Assembly: GCA_963796965.1 (NCBI GenBank)
Contig: CAWCNS010000011.1
Coordinates: 736,001 to 800,000 of the forward strand
Length of the DNA: 64,000 nucleotides
Origin: Calditrichia bacterium
Lineage (GTDB): Bacteria; Calditrichota; Calditrichia; JAJRVZ01
Reading direction: 5' to 3'
The translations under genes were made by a program, and so were the position numbers. Of this stretch, positions 33,342 to 43,795 are shown one piece after another (position 1 is the first letter of the stretch; each line of letters starts with the position of its first letter). The notes under the pieces are model-generated. The model was not told the origin of the DNA. It did no database searches and saw only the letters and a program-made list of their open reading frames with translations.

Positions 33342-34465
33342 TGTTTATGACTCTGAGTACCATCCTGACAATTTTTGTGGTCATTTATATTCTTATTGGT
33401 TTATTAAATCATATTGGATTAAGTAAAATATATTCGACTACTACTTTAAAACCATCCGTTACAGTTCTTATCGCTGCCCGTAATGAAGAAGCATTCATTG
33501 CACAATGTTTGACAAGCCTCGAAAATCTTCAATACCCAAAAGAAATGTTACAAATTATTATCTTAAATGATCGATCGACAGATCAAACCCGTCAGATTGC
33601 TTTATCATATAGTGATCGTCTGGTCCATTTTACATTAATAGATATTGAGAAAGATGTCGATGGCCTGTCTGGAAAAATGAATGCATTATCTCAAGGGCTT
33701 GATCAGGCAGAGGGGGATATCATATTGGTTACGGATGCTGATTGTCGTGTGCAACCAGCCTGGGTTGATCAGATGTGTGCATATTTTGCTGACGACACAG
33801 CAATGGTTGGAGGTTTAACAGTCATCGGTGAGGATAATAATAGAAGATCTGAAACATTTCTAAAATTGCAACAATTGGATTGGCTATTTCTGCAATCAAT
33901 TGCCTCAGGATCGGCAGGGATTGGAATACCAGTGAGTATTTTAGGGAATAACTTTGGTTTTAGAAGATCTGTATACGAAAAATTGGGCGGTTTTCGTTCA
34001 ATCGGATTTTCTTTGACAGAGGATATGGCATTGCTTAGAAAAATGGTTGGTTCAACAAATCACAGATTAGCTTACAAATTAAATGATCAGAATATGGTAA
34101 GGACCTTCCCATTTAATAGATTTAAAGATTTTCTTGAACAAAGGAAGAGATGGTTGCGTGGCGGGATTAGAGTAAATATTTGGGGATGGATTATGATGTC
34201 CATATCATTCACGGCTCATCTCATGATATGTGGTGGAATTTTTATATTTCCTTTGAATCCCCATTTTATTTCTGCGTTAGCCGCTGTATTGGTGTTGGAT
34301 TATTCCTTGGTATGGCGTATAGGAATGCGAATCAACCTCAGAGTTCATCTGCTTTATTTTATAGCTTATGAACTCTTCTATATATTCTATTCAATTTTAT
34401 TAACAATAAATCTAATTTCCAGATCACCCATTTCTTGGAAAGAACGTACATACAAAGAATCATAA
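33341..34465 (+). CDS. Membrane GT2 glycosyltransferase
   Basis: AARNEE, NDRSTD, GKMNAL, TDADC, LTED and QRKRW. Confidence 0.9.
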   Translation: MFMTLSTILTIFVVIYILIGLLNHIGLSKIYSTTTLKPSVTVLIAARNEEAFIAQCLTSLENLQYPKEMLQIIILNDRSTDQTRQIALSYSDRLVHFTLIDIEKDVDGLSGKMNALSQGLDQAEGDIILVTDADCRVQPAWVDQMCAYFADDTAMVGGLTVIGEDNNRRSETFLKLQQLDWLFLQSIASGSAGIGIPVSILGNNFGFRRSVYEKLGGFRSIGFSLTEDMALLRKMVGSTNHRLAYKLNDQNMVRTFPFNRFKDFLEQRKRWLRGGIRVNIWGWIMMSISFTAHLMICGGIFIFPLNPHFISALAAVLVLDYSLVWRIGMRINLRVHLLYFIAYELFYIFYSILLTINLISRSPISWKERTYKES

Positions 34466-34494
34466 AAAAAAGGCCCTGCTTTTGACAGGGCCTT
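34464..34494 (-). terminator. Rho-independent terminator after frr (between convergent genes)
   Basis: Stem aaggccctg/cagggcctt next to an A run, which is a U tract on the minus strand. Confidence 0.75.
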
Positions 34495-34498
34495 CATA

Positions 34499-35059
34499 TT
34501 AGACTTCCATGATCTCTTTTTCTTTATGTTCCAGAACCCCGTCGATTTCTTGGATATGCCTGTCTGTGACCTCCTGAATTTCATCTAAAATCACACTCAA
34601 TTCATCTTCAGATATATCATGGTTTTTTTGCATTTTTTTCAGATGATCGTTTGCATCGCGTCTGACGTTGCGAATGGCAATCCGCCCCTCTTCTGCAAAT
34701 TTCTTTACTAACCTGGCCAGATCTTTACGACGTTCCTCATTCAATTGTGGAATCGGTACTCTGATAAATGTTCCATCATTTGAAGGTGTCAGCCCCAAAT
34801 CAGACTTCAATATAGCTTTTTCAATTTCAGCAATCATATTCCGATCCCAGGGCTGAATAGCTATAAGTCTGGGCTCGGGAATGGTTAAAGTTGATGCCTG
34901 GGATAATGGGACCATATTCCCGTAATAAGAAACTTTAACCCCATCCAATAGAACAGCAGAGGCCCTTCCCGTGCGGATTTTAGCAAATTCATGCTGGATG
35001 TTTTCAACTGCCATCTTCATTCGGTGGTCAGCATCTTTTTTGATTTCTTTCATATCCAT
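34499..35059 (-). CDS. frr: Ribosome recycling factor
   Basis: IRTGRAS, IQPWD, LNEERRK and AIRNVRRD. It follows pyrH. Confidence 0.97.
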   Translation of the reverse strand: MDMKEIKKDADHRMKMAVENIQHEFAKIRTGRASAVLLDGVKVSYYGNMVPLSQASTLTIPEPRLIAIQPWDRNMIAEIEKAILKSDLGLTPSNDGTFIRVPIPQLNEERRKDLARLVKKFAEEGRIAIRNVRRDANDHLKKMQKNHDISEDELSVILDEIQEVTDRHIQEIDGVLEHKEKEIMEV

Positions 35060-35062
35060 GGA

Positions 35063-35782
35063 TTACTCCTGAACTTTGGTTCCTACGGATTCTCCCATCA
35101 CAAGACGATTTAGATTACCCTCTTTATCAAAATTAAAGACAATGATTGGAAGTTTATTATCCATGGAGAGTGTTATCGCAGTTGTATCCATAACCTTTAA
35201 ACCGCGTTTAACAACTTCCATGTATGATATCTCATCAAATTTCATTGCATTTTTAACTTTTTCAGGATCACTGTCAAAAACGCCATCGACACGTGTACCT
35301 TTAACAATCACATCTGCTTCAATTTCTACTGCCCGGAGGACAGCTGCAGTATCAGTCGTAAAATAAGGATTTCCTGTACCACCTGCAAAAATAACGACAC
35401 GTCCTTTTTCTAAATGCCGGATAGCCCGTCGTCTGATAAATGGTTCTGCCACTTCTTGCATCTCAATAGCGGTCATTACACGTGTATGAAGATCTCTTTT
35501 CTCCAGGGCATCTTGTAAAGCAAGACTATTTATAATTGTAGCCAGCATTCCCATATAATCGGCCTGAACCCGATCCATTTCACGGGCCTTTTCGGACAAA
35601 CCACGAAATATATTGCCCCCACCAATAACAATGCCAATTTGAACTCCAGATCGGTGGGTTTTTTCCACTTCCCTAGCAAAACGGTTCAAAACGTCTGCTT
35701 CGATACCAAATTCTTTAACTCCAGTGAGAGACTCACCACTTAATTTAAGCAATATTCGTTTGTAAACAGGCAGCTGTCCCAT
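35063..35782 (-). CDS. pyrH: UMP kinase
   Basis: [15 protein letters not shown] and [11 protein letters not shown]. Confidence 0.97.
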   Translation of the reverse strand: MGQLPVYKRILLKLSGESLTGVKEFGIEADVLNRFAREVEKTHRSGVQIGIVIGGGNIFRGLSEKAREMDRVQADYMGMLATIINSLALQDALEKRDLHTRVMTAIEMQEVAEPFIRRRAIRHLEKGRVVIFAGGTGNPYFTTDTAAVLRAVEIEADVIVKGTRVDGVFDSDPEKVKNAMKFDEISYMEVVKRGLKVMDTTAITLSMDNKLPIIVFNFDKEGNLNRLVMGESVGTKVQE

Positions 35783-35789
35783 TATCAGG

Positions 35790-36386
35790 TTATTCCCCTA
35801 TTTTAAAACGTGTAAAACGGCGAATGGTTATATTCTCACCCAACTTTGATATCGTCTCTGTGACAAGATTTTCAATTGTTTTATCCGGATCTTTCACAAA
35901 AGGTTGCTCTAGCAAACAAATCTCAGAATAAAATTTATCTAATTTCCCTGTGGCAATTTTATCTATAATATTTTCAGGCTTTCCTTGTTCTTTAGCTTGT
36001 TCGCGATAGATTTTCATTTCCTGATCAATGGTATCCTGATCAACATCTTCTCTTTTTATAAATAATGGGGATGAAGCTGCAATTTGCATGGCTACATCAC
36101 GGGCAAATAATGAAAAATCATCTGTCTTAGCCACAAAATCTGTTTCACAATTTATTTCCACCAGGACACCTAATTTGCTGCCAGGATGTATATAAGACTC
36201 AATACGTCCCTCATTGACGGCACGGTCTGCTTTTTTTGAGGCGCGTGCAATTCCTTTGGTTCGCAATACCTCTATAGCTTTATCCATATCACCATCTACT
36301 TCTTTTAATGCATTTTTGCAATCCATCATACCGGCGCCGGTTTTTTCTCTCAACTCTTTCACTACGGCGGCTGTAATTTCTGCCAT
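35790..36386 (-). CDS. tsf: Elongation factor Ts (short form)
   Basis: [25 protein letters not shown] and LLEQPFVKD. Confidence 0.97.
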   Translation of the reverse strand: MAEITAAVVKELREKTGAGMMDCKNALKEVDGDMDKAIEVLRTKGIARASKKADRAVNEGRIESYIHPGSKLGVLVEINCETDFVAKTDDFSLFARDVAMQIAASSPLFIKREDVDQDTIDQEMKIYREQAKEQGKPENIIDKIATGKLDKFYSEICLLEQPFVKDPDKTIENLVTETISKLGENITIRRFTRFKIGE

Positions 36387-36450
36387 TTCTGTCTCCTCTT
36401 CTCGGATCTATAAATTTATATTAAAATCTACCACAATCGGATATAATACT

Positions 36451-36562
36451 TTTCACGGTTTGTGAACGCAGAGGCAATACACCTGGATCAGTAGACATCT
36501 ACTGATTTAAGATAACTTAGAATTAATGTTGCGTTAGATTGGATAAACAGTAAGCCGTGAAA
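36451..36562. repeat. Nested hairpin element between rpsB and tsf
   Basis: Outer arms tttcacggtt / agccgtgaaa with an inner palindrome atcagtaga-ca-tctactgat (36487-36506). Confidence 0.55.
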
Positions 36563-36576
36563 TGCTGTGGTAGTGC

Positions 36577-37341
36577 TTATTTCTCTTCCGTCGCGACTTT
36601 TTCTTCTGTCTTTTCTATTTTTTCGGCTTCCGCCTGTTTGTCCGCCTTTTGTTCCCTTAATTTCTGGCTTCCATCAATCACGGCATCAGCCATAACCCGG
36701 CTAATGATACTGATACTTTTAGCAGCATCATCATTTGCTGGAATTGGGTAATCGACAATCGTAGGATCTGAGTTGGTGTCAACAATGGCAACAATCGGAA
36801 TATTTAGTTTGCGGGCTTCTTTTACAGCAATTTGTTCTTTTTTTGTATCAACGATAAAAATAATACCCGGAAGACGTTTCATTTCTTCAATACCATCGAG
36901 CACCTTTTTCATCTTTTCTTTTTCTCGTTCGATACTCAGAATTTCTTTTTTAGATATATTTTCATAAGTACCGTCCGTACTCATTTTATCCAGGTTCTTC
37001 ATATGTTTAATAGATTTCCTGATCGTACCGAAATTTGTTAAGGTACCACCCAACCAGCGATCAGTAATGTAGTAGTTATTACATCTTTTTGCTTCACCTT
37101 TAACGATCTCTTTCGCCTGTTTTTTGGTACCAACAAACAAAATATCTTCGCCGTCTTCAGCAATTTTTTTGATAGCGTCAAAAGCAGCATCGACTTTATT
37201 CTGCGTCTTTTTGAGATCAATAATGTGTATACCGTTGCGCTCCATGAAGATAAATTCTTTCATTTTGGGATTCCAACGGCGTGTAAGGTGGCCAAAGTGG
37301 GACCCTGCAGCAAGCAGAGTTTCTAGATTTAGACGTGGCAT
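36577..37341 (-). CDS. rpsB: 30S ribosomal protein S2
   Basis: HFGHLTRRWNPKM, RWLGGTLTN and PIPANDDA. Confidence 0.98.
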   Translation of the reverse strand: MPRLNLETLLAAGSHFGHLTRRWNPKMKEFIFMERNGIHIIDLKKTQNKVDAAFDAIKKIAEDGEDILFVGTKKQAKEIVKGEAKRCNNYYITDRWLGGTLTNFGTIRKSIKHMKNLDKMSTDGTYENISKKEILSIEREKEKMKKVLDGIEEMKRLPGIIFIVDTKKEQIAVKEARKLNIPIVAIVDTNSDPTIVDYPIPANDDAAKSISIISRVMADAVIDGSQKLREQKADKQAEAEKIEKTEEKVATEEK

Positions 37342-37357
37342 GACAACTCCTTAATTT

Positions 37358-37436
37358 GGTTAATCCTCCATTGACATCAACTTTGTCCAGACTCGCCAAT
37401 GACGAGACCACTGGTTCAAATCAGCCAATGTGTGTT
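37358..37436 (-). ncRNA. rpsB 5' leader (t44/S2 autoregulatory RNA-like)
   Basis: The minus strand reads ACACACAUUGGCUGAUUUG...UUGAUGUCAAUGGAGGAUUAACC, the ACACAC...GGAGG..AACC architecture typical of rpsB leaders. Confidence 0.65.
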
Positions 37437-37472
37437 TTTTGTTTGTTGCTAATTGCAAATATAATACTATTA

Positions 37473-37538
37473 GTCAAACGTGAAAGGTGAAAAGTGAAAC
37501 GTAATATGACGTTTGACCTTTCACATCTGACTTTTGAC
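37473..37538. repeat. 7-bp-period inverted-repeat element
   Basis: gtcaaac-gtgaaag-gtgaaaa-gtgaaac-gt, loop aatatg, then ac-gtttgac-ctttcac-atctgac-ttttgac. Confidence 0.8.
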
Positions 37539-37544
37539 GAGTGA

Positions 37545-37931
37545 CTATCTTTTCGAGAACTGAAAACGTTTTCTGGCTTTTGCCAATCCGTATTTTTTCC
37601 GTTCTTTTTCGCGCGGATCACGTGTTACAAATCCACCACGACGAAGAACAGAGCGAAAATCTTCACTATAGTTCATTAGAGCACGGGCAATGCCTAAACG
37701 CACAGCACCAGCCTGCCCGCTAAGCCCACCACCGAGCACCGAAATATGAAAATCAAATTTTCCCGACATCTCGGTTTCTTCCAGCGGTTGTTCAATATCC
37801 ATCTTTAATGTCTCGCGCCGGAAATAGCCAAGCAAATCTTTACCATTAACTTGAATTTTTCCATCACCTGGTTGCATACGCACACGGGCAATTGCATTTT
37901 TCCTCCGGCCCGTTCCGAGATAAACCTCCAT
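37545..37931 (-). CDS. rpsI: 30S ribosomal protein S9
   Basis: [16 protein letters not shown] and [14 protein letters not shown] at 37931 follows AGGAG. Confidence 0.97.
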   Translation of the reverse strand: MEVYLGTGRRKNAIARVRMQPGDGKIQVNGKDLLGYFRRETLKMDIEQPLEETEMSGKFDFHISVLGGGLSGQAGAVRLGIARALMNYSEDFRSVLRRGGFVTRDPREKERKKYGLAKARKRFQFSKR

Positions 37932-37942
37932 TACTGCTCCTA

Positions 37943-38382
37943 TTAGTTTTAAATTCCAGAACTTCAGGCTGTTGCGCTGTATGTGGATGCTCTGAACCTG
38001 CATATACTTTTAGTTTCATGAACATCTTCCGACCCAATGCATTTTTGGGTAGCATTCGCTTTACGGCAAGTTCAACAACGCGCGCCGGATGTTTCTGAAG
38101 CATCTGCTGAAGAGAGGTAGCCTTTTGTCCACCCGGATATCCGGAATGCCGGTAATAGATTTTGTCTTTTAATTTATTACCTGTAACTTTGATCTTTTCA
38201 GCATTTACAACTACAATGAAATCACCCACGTCCTGATGCGGTGAATAAATTGGTTTATGCTTCCCTTTCAGGATTGATGCGATCTGGGTGGCCATTCGAC
38301 CAAGAATCTGATCTTCTGCATCAATAATAAACCACTTTTTTGATTCCAGGACTTCTTTTTCCTTGGCAATATATGTTTTCAA
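37943..38382 (-). CDS. rplM: 50S ribosomal protein L13 (stop codon apparently lost to a 1-nt indel)
   Basis: WFIIDA...[20 protein letters not shown] and [11 protein letters not shown] start follows AGGAGG. The frame reads through into rpsI. Confidence 0.95.
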
Positions 38383-38416
38383 CAAAAACCTCCTGAACAA
38401 TAAAAATCGAGCCTTA

Positions 38417-38445
38417 AATTTAAAGTCTTATCATAGAGCAGTCAA
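38417..38445 (-). promoter_or_regulatory. Putative sigma70 promoter of rplM-rpsI
   Basis: TTGACT-N17-TAAATT. Confidence 0.6.
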
Positions 38446-38536
38446 GTAGAAGATAGATAATTTTTGATATTTTACAGGTTATTTTAAAGAGAAGCATTTT
38501 TAGGGAAATGTGAATAGAGATTTGGAATTAGTAAAT

Positions 38537-38616
38537 AGTAATTTGTAATTGGAATTGGGGTCTGGGAATTCGGAATTCCTAATTCCCAGATCCCAATTCT
38601 AATTTTTCAATTACTA
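38537..38616. repeat. Near-perfect palindrome built of about 7-bp units
   Basis: 38552-38599 reads gaattggggtctgggaatt-cggaattcct-aattcccagatcccaattc, with degenerate extensions on both sides. Confidence 0.85.
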
Positions 38617-38644
38617 CAATGACAGGTGTATCTCTGTTTTTTTA

Positions 38645-39982
38645 TTAACTTAGAGATGACGTCATAAATATCTTTCCATTATTTATGGCAGCCAAAGATC
38701 TGCCTTTTAATGGAAAATCAAGAAATGGGGAGTTATTTGATTTGGATAATGATACGGTATCCCTGAATTTCCATTTTTGGTTCAATGTCAACAAGGTAAG
38801 ATTAGCAATGTTCCCCACTTTTATTTTTGGAACCTCAAGATTCAGAATTTGCCGCGGATTTCTGACACATTTTTCATATATATCCGCCAATGACAAGATT
38901 TTTTTATCATAGAGCTGAGAAATGATCAGGCCGGCAGCTGTTTCAAGACCCGTAATTCCAAAAGGTGCATAAATATATTCTGCTTCCTTTTCTTCTATTG
39001 AATGGGGGGCATGATCTGTCGCAATGACATCAATCGTACCATCTTTTAAACCATCCATAAGTGCTTGTCGATCTTCTGCACTGCGTAGAGGCGGGCTCAT
39101 TTTAGTGTTTGTATCATAACTCTCAACAACCTGGTCAGTCAACGTAAAGTGATGAGGTGTTACCTCGCAGGTGACATTAATTCCCTTCATTTTTGCCTGG
39201 CGTACTAAATCAACCCCACCCTTTGTACTAATATGGCAAACATGGAATTTACCCCCTGTATATTCTGCAAGCATGATATCACGGGCAATTAAGATTTCTT
39301 CAGAGACAGGGGGGATTCCCTCAATACCCAATTTTGTTGAGTAGAAACCCTCATGCATATGCCTGTTTTTGCTTAAGTTAGCATCCTCTTCATGCCCAAG
39401 AATCGGAATCCCGAACATCTTACTGTATTCCAAAGCACGGCGCATAAGTTCAGCATTCATTAATGGAGTTCCATCATCAGAAATGGCCACAGCGCCGGCA
39501 TCTACCATTTCAGCAATGGGAGCCAACTGCTCTCCTTTTCGTCCTTTTGTAATAGCGGCAACTGGATGAACATCAACTAATCCATTTTGAGTTTGCTCAC
39601 AGATAAAATTAATAATTTCCTGTGAATCAATCGCCGGTTCTGTGTTAGGCATACAGGCGGCTCCTGTAAAGCCTCCGTTGGCGGCTGCATTACTTCCGGT
39701 GATTAATGTTTCTTCATCCTCCCGACCCGGTTCACGAAAATGCACATGCATATCAAACCATCCTGGCATTACAAGACCTTCATCATGTTCAAGAATCTCA
39801 CCTTCAAAATTTTGAGGTGGTTTATCAAGAATATCAGTAATCTTACCTTTCTGTATGATGAGGCTCTTCATGACATTCAGTTTTTCGGCCACATCAACTA
39901 TATGCACATTTTTTAACATGAGCTTTCCAGGCAAAGATTTATCTAGGCTCATGGATGTCATATTTTTATTAAACATTGACAT
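38645..39982 (-). CDS. pyrC: Dihydroorotase
   Basis: [30 protein letters not shown] and ATDHAPH. Confidence 0.95.
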   Translation of the reverse strand: MSMFNKNMTSMSLDKSLPGKLMLKNVHIVDVAEKLNVMKSLIIQKGKITDILDKPPQNFEGEILEHDEGLVMPGWFDMHVHFREPGREDEETLITGSNAAANGGFTGAACMPNTEPAIDSQEIINFICEQTQNGLVDVHPVAAITKGRKGEQLAPIAEMVDAGAVAISDDGTPLMNAELMRRALEYSKMFGIPILGHEEDANLSKNRHMHEGFYSTKLGIEGIPPVSEEILIARDIMLAEYTGGKFHVCHISTKGGVDLVRQAKMKGINVTCEVTPHHFTLTDQVVESYDTNTKMSPPLRSAEDRQALMDGLKDGTIDVIATDHAPHSIEEKEAEYIYAPFGITGLETAAGLIISQLYDKKILSLADIYEKCVRNPRQILNLEVPKIKVGNIANLTLLTLNQKWKFRDTVSLSKSNNSPFLDFPLKGRSLAAINNGKIFMTSSLS

Positions 39983-40901
39983 TTTCCCCTCCGGATAATA
40001 AATATAGTACAGCCATTCGGATGGCGACACCATTGGTTACCTGATTTAATATGAGTGAGTGTTCGCTATCAGCCACATCAGAGGCAATTTCAACCCCCCT
40101 GTTTATTGGCCCCGGATGCATGATGGTTATCGGGTGAGATAAACGGTCAAGACGGTCTCTTGTGATACCAAAATAATTATGGTATTCCCGTAAACTGGGG
40201 AACAATCCACTATTTTGACGCTCCAATTGTATCCTCAGGACATTGATAACATCTACCCTCTCCAGAACCTCATCAACATGATAGCAAACGTCCACACCAA
40301 GGCTCTCAATCTCTCTTGGAATGAGTGTAGCCGGTCCACACAAGGTTACTTTCACTCCCATTTTCAACAATCCATGTATATTAGAGAGGGCGACCCGGCT
40401 ATGAGAAATATCCCCAATAATGGCAACTTTTAAACCGTCCAGGGTTTCATGTTTTTCTAACAAAGTCATCATATCTAATAGAGCTTGAGTAGGATGCTCA
40501 TGGGCGCCATCCCCAGCATTTATAATGTTGGCATCAAGATTTCTAGCCAAGAAATTTGGAGCACCGGGAGACTGGTGTCGAATGACGACCATGTCGATCT
40601 TCATGGCTTCAATATTTCTTGCTGTATCCAACAATGTTTCACCTTTCTTCACACTACTGGTTGATGAAGAAAAATTGACAGAATCGGCGGAAAGTCTTTT
40701 TTCAGCTAATTCAAATGAGATACGTGTACGCGTAGAAGATTCAAAAAACAGATTTACGACTGTCTTACCCTGCAGGGTAGGAACTTTTTTTATAGGACGT
40801 TCTAAAATCTCCCTGAAAGATTTTGCGGTATTAAGAATAAGTTCAATATCATTTTTATCAGTGTATTCCAACCCAAGTAAATGTCCATCTTTAAATGTCA
40901 T
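39969..40901 (-). CDS. pyrB: Aspartate carbamoyltransferase catalytic subunit
   Basis: [28 protein letters not shown] and MHPGPINRG. Confidence 0.97.
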   Translation of the reverse strand: MTFKDGHLLGLEYTDKNDIELILNTAKSFREILERPIKKVPTLQGKTVVNLFFESSTRTRISFELAEKRLSADSVNFSSSTSSVKKGETLLDTARNIEAMKIDMVVIRHQSPGAPNFLARNLDANIINAGDGAHEHPTQALLDMMTLLEKHETLDGLKVAIIGDISHSRVALSNIHGLLKMGVKVTLCGPATLIPREIESLGVDVCYHVDEVLERVDVINVLRIQLERQNSGLFPSLREYHNYFGITRDRLDRLSHPITIMHPGPINRGVEIASDVADSEHSLILNQVTNGVAIRMAVLYLLSGGENVNV

Positions 40902-40903
40902 AT

Positions 40904-41461
40904 TTAATTGCCTCCAGAAACTTGTTCTACAAGATTGACACTATCCTCTTCATCAACTTCAGTTAGCTTTACCCGCACTTCTTCTCCAATTGATGTAGGT
41001 ATGTTTTTCCCAACAAAATCCGCCTTAATCGGTAACTCCCGGTGTCCACGATCCACCAGAACAGCCAAATCTATGCGGGCCGGACGGCCAAAATCCATAA
41101 GGGCATCAATTGCTGAGCGAACCGTTCGTCCCGTAAATAAAACATCATCAACAAGAACAATGTTTATTTCATCCAATGGGAATGAAATATTTGTAACCTG
41201 AATCTCCGGTTGTTTAAGCCGTGTACGAAAATCATCACGGTAAAGCGTTGCGTCAAGAAAACCTGTAGGTACCTCCTGGTTTTCAATATCAGCAATTTTA
41301 CGTGAAATTCTCTCCGCTAAAAAAGCGCCACGTGTGTGGATGCCGATAATGGCCAATTTTGCTATTCCACGGTTTTTTTCAACTATTTCATGGGCTAACC
41401 GGGTTATTATCCGGCGCATGTCTTCGGACGTGACCAAATTTGCCTTTATACGGAACTCCAT
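40904..41461 (-). CDS. pyrR: Pyrimidine operon attenuator / uracil phosphoribosyltransferase
   Basis: [23 protein letters not shown] and DRGHRELPI. Confidence 0.96.
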   Translation of the reverse strand: MEFRIKANLVTSEDMRRIITRLAHEIVEKNRGIAKLAIIGIHTRGAFLAERISRKIADIENQEVPTGFLDATLYRDDFRTRLKQPEIQVTNISFPLDEINIVLVDDVLFTGRTVRSAIDALMDFGRPARIDLAVLVDRGHRELPIKADFVGKNIPTSIGEEVRVKLTEVDEEDSVNLVEQVSGGN

Positions 41462-41485
41462 ATTTTATCTCCAATAATTTCTGAT

Positions 41486-41583
41486 TAACCACAAAGTTCT
41501 CAAAGAAGGCACAGAGGTCACAAAGAAATACGTAAAATTAAAAACTTTGCCTACTTTGTGCCTTCTTTGTGTGCTTTGTGTTA
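41486..41583. repeat. Inverted-repeat element, CACAAAG family, in the pyrR leader
   Basis: aaccacaaagttctcaaagaaggcacagaggtcacaaag ... ctttgcctactttgtgccttctttgtgtgctttgtgtt. Confidence 0.8.
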
Positions 41584-41603
41584 AAAAATGCTTTTAATTA
41601 AGC

Positions 41604-41713
41604 AAAAAAAAAGCCAATAAGTACAAGACTCATTGGCTTTATCTATATACAACTCTATACTGTTTTACAATCATAATATCTTCCTTATCTGCCTCGCCGG
41701 GCAGAATTAAAGG
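41604..41713 (-). promoter_or_regulatory. PyrR-binding stem-loop and attenuator terminator
   Basis: The minus strand has CCUUUAAUUCUGCCCGGCGAGGCAGAUAAGG (41713-41683), which resembles the PyrR binding loop. It is followed by the terminator AAAGCCAAUGAGUCUUGUACUUAUUGGCUUUUUUUUU. Confidence 0.85.
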
Positions 41714-42140
41714 TTAAAAGCTATGGAAATATACAAATAAAATATATTCCCTACAAATCATATTAATCCCTAAGTAATAAATATTGCCTTGACTCTTTAT
41801 TTTTATAGTGCTACATATTTTGGTCTAGGTTATGTAACCGGGAGAAAAAGATCATAAGGGTTTTTAGAAATTAAAAGTGTTTAAATATAAATTTTCACCC
41901 TGATATAGAATTAAAATGATTAATTGTTTTTCTTTTATGTTCTCAATGGTGAGGAGATCCTGCAGTTTGAGTTTATTAAAGCCTAGCAGATATTAAATTG
42001 ATGCCATTGTTTTTTGTCGATGTTAAAAAAAAAATTAGAAAAAGAGTGAAATATTTGAATATTATTCCTAAAACTTGCCTATATTTTTTCAAAATTGAGC
42101 CGAATAGATAAATATTCGCAAATATTAAACGAGTTGGAAA

Positions 42141-42545
42141 ATGACTGATTTGAATAATCTAAGTTTTGAAGCCCGTCTTGAATTGTATTTTGAACGCGCT
42201 GTCCAGGCATGGCTTTTACTCAAGGATGAAGCCGGACTTGTTGCCGCATTAGCAGCTGCAAAAACATTTAATTCGATTGACCGTCAAATTATTATAGCCG
42301 TTCTCGATAATCTGGCTGTGCAAGGTGAGGAAGAGGAGCCCGATCAAATGGTTATTGATTTCTTAAAAAGCATAGGGGATTTAAAAGAGATTATAACCTC
42401 CAAGGATTGGACGGTAGAGGATGGCGTGGCTGAAAGAGGTCGATTGAAAATGGTCAACCCTGAATACGAAGAAGCGCTTGTAAAGGGGGATCCGGATATT
42501 TTTGCCAGCAAATACCCGGAATATTTTAATTTGATTACGAGTTAA
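42141..42545 (+). CDS. Hypothetical acidic protein
   Basis: 134-aa ORF with protein-like composition and no recognised motif. Confidence 0.6.
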   Translation: MTDLNNLSFEARLELYFERAVQAWLLLKDEAGLVAALAAAKTFNSIDRQIIIAVLDNLAVQGEEEEPDQMVIDFLKSIGDLKEIITSKDWTVEDGVAERGRLKMVNPEYEEALVKGDPDIFASKYPEYFNLITS

Positions 42546-42552
42546 TTTCCTG

Positions 42553-42626
42553 TGGGACAGAAGGGAGTTGAACCCCTGACCTCTACGATGTGAGCGTAGC
42601 GCTCTAACCAACTGAGCTACTGTCCC
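42553..42626 (-). tRNA. tRNA-Val(CAC)
   Basis: GGGACAGTAGCTCAGTTGGTTAGAGCGCTACGCTCACATCGTAGAGGTCAGGGGTTCAACTCCCTTCTGTCCCA forms a full cloverleaf with anticodon CAC. CCA is not clearly encoded. Confidence 0.95.
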
Positions 42627-42842
42627 CTCTCCTGATAATATAATAATGATTCTGGCTCGAACAATGAGTGAGCAATGGTCAGTGAACATCTATTATACGA
42701 TTGGACAATTGTTGAGGATTTTGTGAAATAAACTTCGAAATCCGCCCACTGCCGGAAGTACTGTCCGCACACTAATTGTCAATTACCAATTGAAAAGAAT
42801 TAATGGACTTGAAAATTGATTATTCTATATTGAATATTGATT

Positions 42843-43655
42843 TTATAACTCTGCAATATGCTGCTGGGCACGGCTTACGTAATCACTATCGGGATATACA
42901 TCCAACAGGCGTTGAAATTCTTCCCTGGCCTTATCACTCTCTCCAAGCCGCACATAACATAAACCCAATTTAAATTGTGCATCAGGATTTTTGTTTGATT
43001 TAGGGAAAGTAAACACCTTTTCAAAATCAATGACGGCGGCTCTATATTGGCCAAGGGCATAGTGCGATTCCCCGATCCAAAATTGGGCATTATCAGAGAG
43101 GCTATTGCTTGAACTGGAAGCAAGAAGTGCTTCGAATACTTCTATAGCGGCCTTGTAGTTTCTTGATTGGAATAAATTAAAACCATCCTGATAGCGCTGT
43201 TCATATTCACCGGCTGAAATATCACCTGAGACACCCGCATAAACGTTAACCGGGGTTGATTTTGCCGCTTCCAGTTGGCTGATCTGAATATTCTGATTCT
43301 TGACCTGCCGTTTGAGGTCAGCAATCAGGGCATCTTTCTGAGCCAACTGAGAGTCAAGTTCATCCGTTTTCTTAGCGGGAGGGGGAGGAGGGATCATTTG
43401 GGTACCCTTCGATTGCCCTTTTACAGGTACATCTTCAGAACTGAGCAATCCCAGCGTATCTTCGTTCTTTGTACTTTTCTTTTTCTTGTCCTCAGCCGGC
43501 CGTTCAACACCAAGCAATGCCTCAATCTCATCTAATTCTTTTTGACGGGCATCATCCTGACTCGTCGCATCGACGGAATCCTCATCAGGTGAACTACTTG
43601 CACATGAAGCAAGAAATAATGAACTCAAAATAAATATAAAAATTAATCTAAACAT
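42843..43655 (-). CDS. CpoB/YbgF-like TPR lipoprotein
   Basis: Lipobox LASC, a coiled coil, and C-terminal TPRs (DNAQFWIGESHY, DAQFKLG, YPDS). Confidence 0.8.
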   Translation of the reverse strand: MFRLIFIFILSSLFLASCASSSPDEDSVDATSQDDARQKELDEIEALLGVERPAEDKKKKSTKNEDTLGLLSSEDVPVKGQSKGTQMIPPPPPAKKTDELDSQLAQKDALIADLKRQVKNQNIQISQLEAAKSTPVNVYAGVSGDISAGEYEQRYQDGFNLFQSRNYKAAIEVFEALLASSSSNSLSDNAQFWIGESHYALGQYRAAVIDFEKVFTFPKSNKNPDAQFKLGLCYVRLGESDKAREEFQRLLDVYPDSDYVSRAQQHIAEL

Positions 43656-43688
43656 GGCACCTCCGTATTGAGGAGAAATTTGTTAAAA

Positions 43689-43717
43689 AATTTAGATATG
43701 TACACTCTATAAGTCAA
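43689..43717 (-). promoter_or_regulatory. Putative sigma70 promoter
   Basis: TTGACT-N17-TAAATT upstream of the CpoB-like gene. Confidence 0.6.
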
Positions 43718-43795
43718 GTAATTTCTGAATTTACGCATCTTTTTCACCTATCTATGCTTGAAAGATAAGATATCATTTACAGACGATTTAATCTT

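Noticed and set aside
35790..36386. Short (198 aa) EF-Ts
   Set aside because: The short form is a known normal variant in many phyla, not a truncation.
37864..37942. Apparent C-terminally extended L13 overlapping rpsI
   Set aside because: One missing A in a homopolymer would restore a stop right after ...VLEFKN, so this is likely a sequencing error.
42381..42689. 102-aa minus-strand ORF
   Set aside because: It overlaps tRNA-Val and the convergent ORF, so it is spurious.
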